A stretch of 64,000 nt of DNA from an uncultured Chloroflexia bacterium (GTDB lineage Bacteria > Chloroflexota > Dehalococcoidia > SM23-28-2 > RBG-16-64-32), in assembly GCA_963738925.1 (NCBI GenBank), contig CAVTYE010000001.1, positions 192,609 through 256,608 of the forward strand. The letters run 5' to 3'. Both the position numbers and the translations under genes were made by a program. Below the pieces are notes generated by a model. That model did not search any database and had not been told where the DNA came from. It was given only the letters and a program-made list of their open reading frames with translations. This document shows positions 63,679 through 64,000 of this stretch, piece by piece (position 1 is the stretch's first letter; every line of letters starts with the position of its first letter).

Positions 63679-64000
63679 CTACTGCGGCGGGACGATCGGG
63701 ACGGCGGAGTCGTCGCGCAAAGCGCCGTGGCCGCCGTCTTTGGACATGTCGACGATCACGTGGCCGTCGGCGTTCGTGGTCACATTGATGCGGTTGAGGC
63801 CGATCTGGCAGGGGCCGAAGAAGCAGCCGCCGGAGAGGTCGTACGTGGCGTCGCTGCAGGCATCGCGGAACCAGCCGGTCTTGCCCAGCACCGTGAGGTC
63901 GCTCTTCCAGGGCACGGTGCAGCCGCTGATCGGATCGCGGTCGTAAAGGGCGATGATCTCACCGCTGGGTTGCTTGACCACCCAGAAACGCTCGGTCTCG
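63679..64000 (-). CDS. C-terminal part of a Rieske-fold-like protein lacking the canonical Fe-S ligands; 5' end off the right edge
   Basis: The frame is open to position 64000: ...ETERFWVVKQPSGEIIALYDRDPISGCTVPWKSDLTVLGKTGWFRDACSDATYDLSGGCFFGPCQIGLNRINVTTNADGHVIVD. The spacing mirrors CxHxGC...CPCHGSxYD..G....GP...L, but reads DPISGC and DACSDA. Confidence 0.55.
   Translation of the reverse strand, partial: ETERFWVVKQPSGEIIALYDRDPISGCTVPWKSDLTVLGKTGWFRDACSDATYDLSGGCFFGPCQIGLNRINVTTNADGHVIVDMSKDGGHGALRDDSAVPIVPPQ

Overview
This is a gene-dense, visibly GC-rich chromosomal window. Third codon positions are mostly G/C, and nearly every real gene is shadowed by long Arg/Ala/Gly-rich antisense ORFs. 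I saw no rRNA, tRNA, CRISPR array, transposase or integrase. Gene content and synteny suggest a high-GC monoderm-type bacterium, Chloroflexota/Thermomicrobia-like or actinobacteria-like. The pointers are the atpIBEFHAGDC-murA-mreB-rex order, HemQ/ChdC, an EtfD-type membrane Fe-S reductase, an F420/LLM-type oxidoreductase, an LPXTG-like sorting signal and dockerin/TSP3 repeats. I cannot assign taxonomy from sequence alone.

Housekeeping content:
- acyl-CoA carboxyltransferase (partial), nagA, thiolase, etfBA, an EtfD-like reductase, cinA, coaE, pyrF
- the F1Fo ATP synthase operon, murA, mreB, rex, an acyl-CoA ligase

Accessory content:
- a secreted S8 protease with TSP3 and dockerin modules
- a HemQ-Rieske fusion
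- an orphan CbbQ/NorQ-SDR-CbbO/NorD module
- a glycosyltransferase plus three-methyltransferase cluster
- a tightly coupled eight-gene extracytoplasmic copper operon at about 11.9-19.5 kb, the most interesting region. Its CopC, CopC-SodC-like and CopC-CopD-cytochrome c proteins are interleaved with four copies of an unrecognised helical domain carrying conserved Cys...H-x3-H-x-D...LC residues.

Other notable observations:
- Five genes between 37 and 59 kb, including essential atpA, are split by single-base frameshifts. Assembly indels are the most likely cause.
- A DinB-like gene sits inside the atp operon.
- Three TGTGA-N6-TCACA (Rex/CRP-type) boxes occur, with a rex gene in the window.
- A perfect-period 96-bp tandem repeat lies in an intergenic region.
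- TATAAT-like boxes recur 6-11 nt upstream of start codons, suggesting leaderless transcripts.

ORF-track coordinates include the stop codon, and the track's initial M can stand for GTG or TTG. Several starts were re-set by hand.
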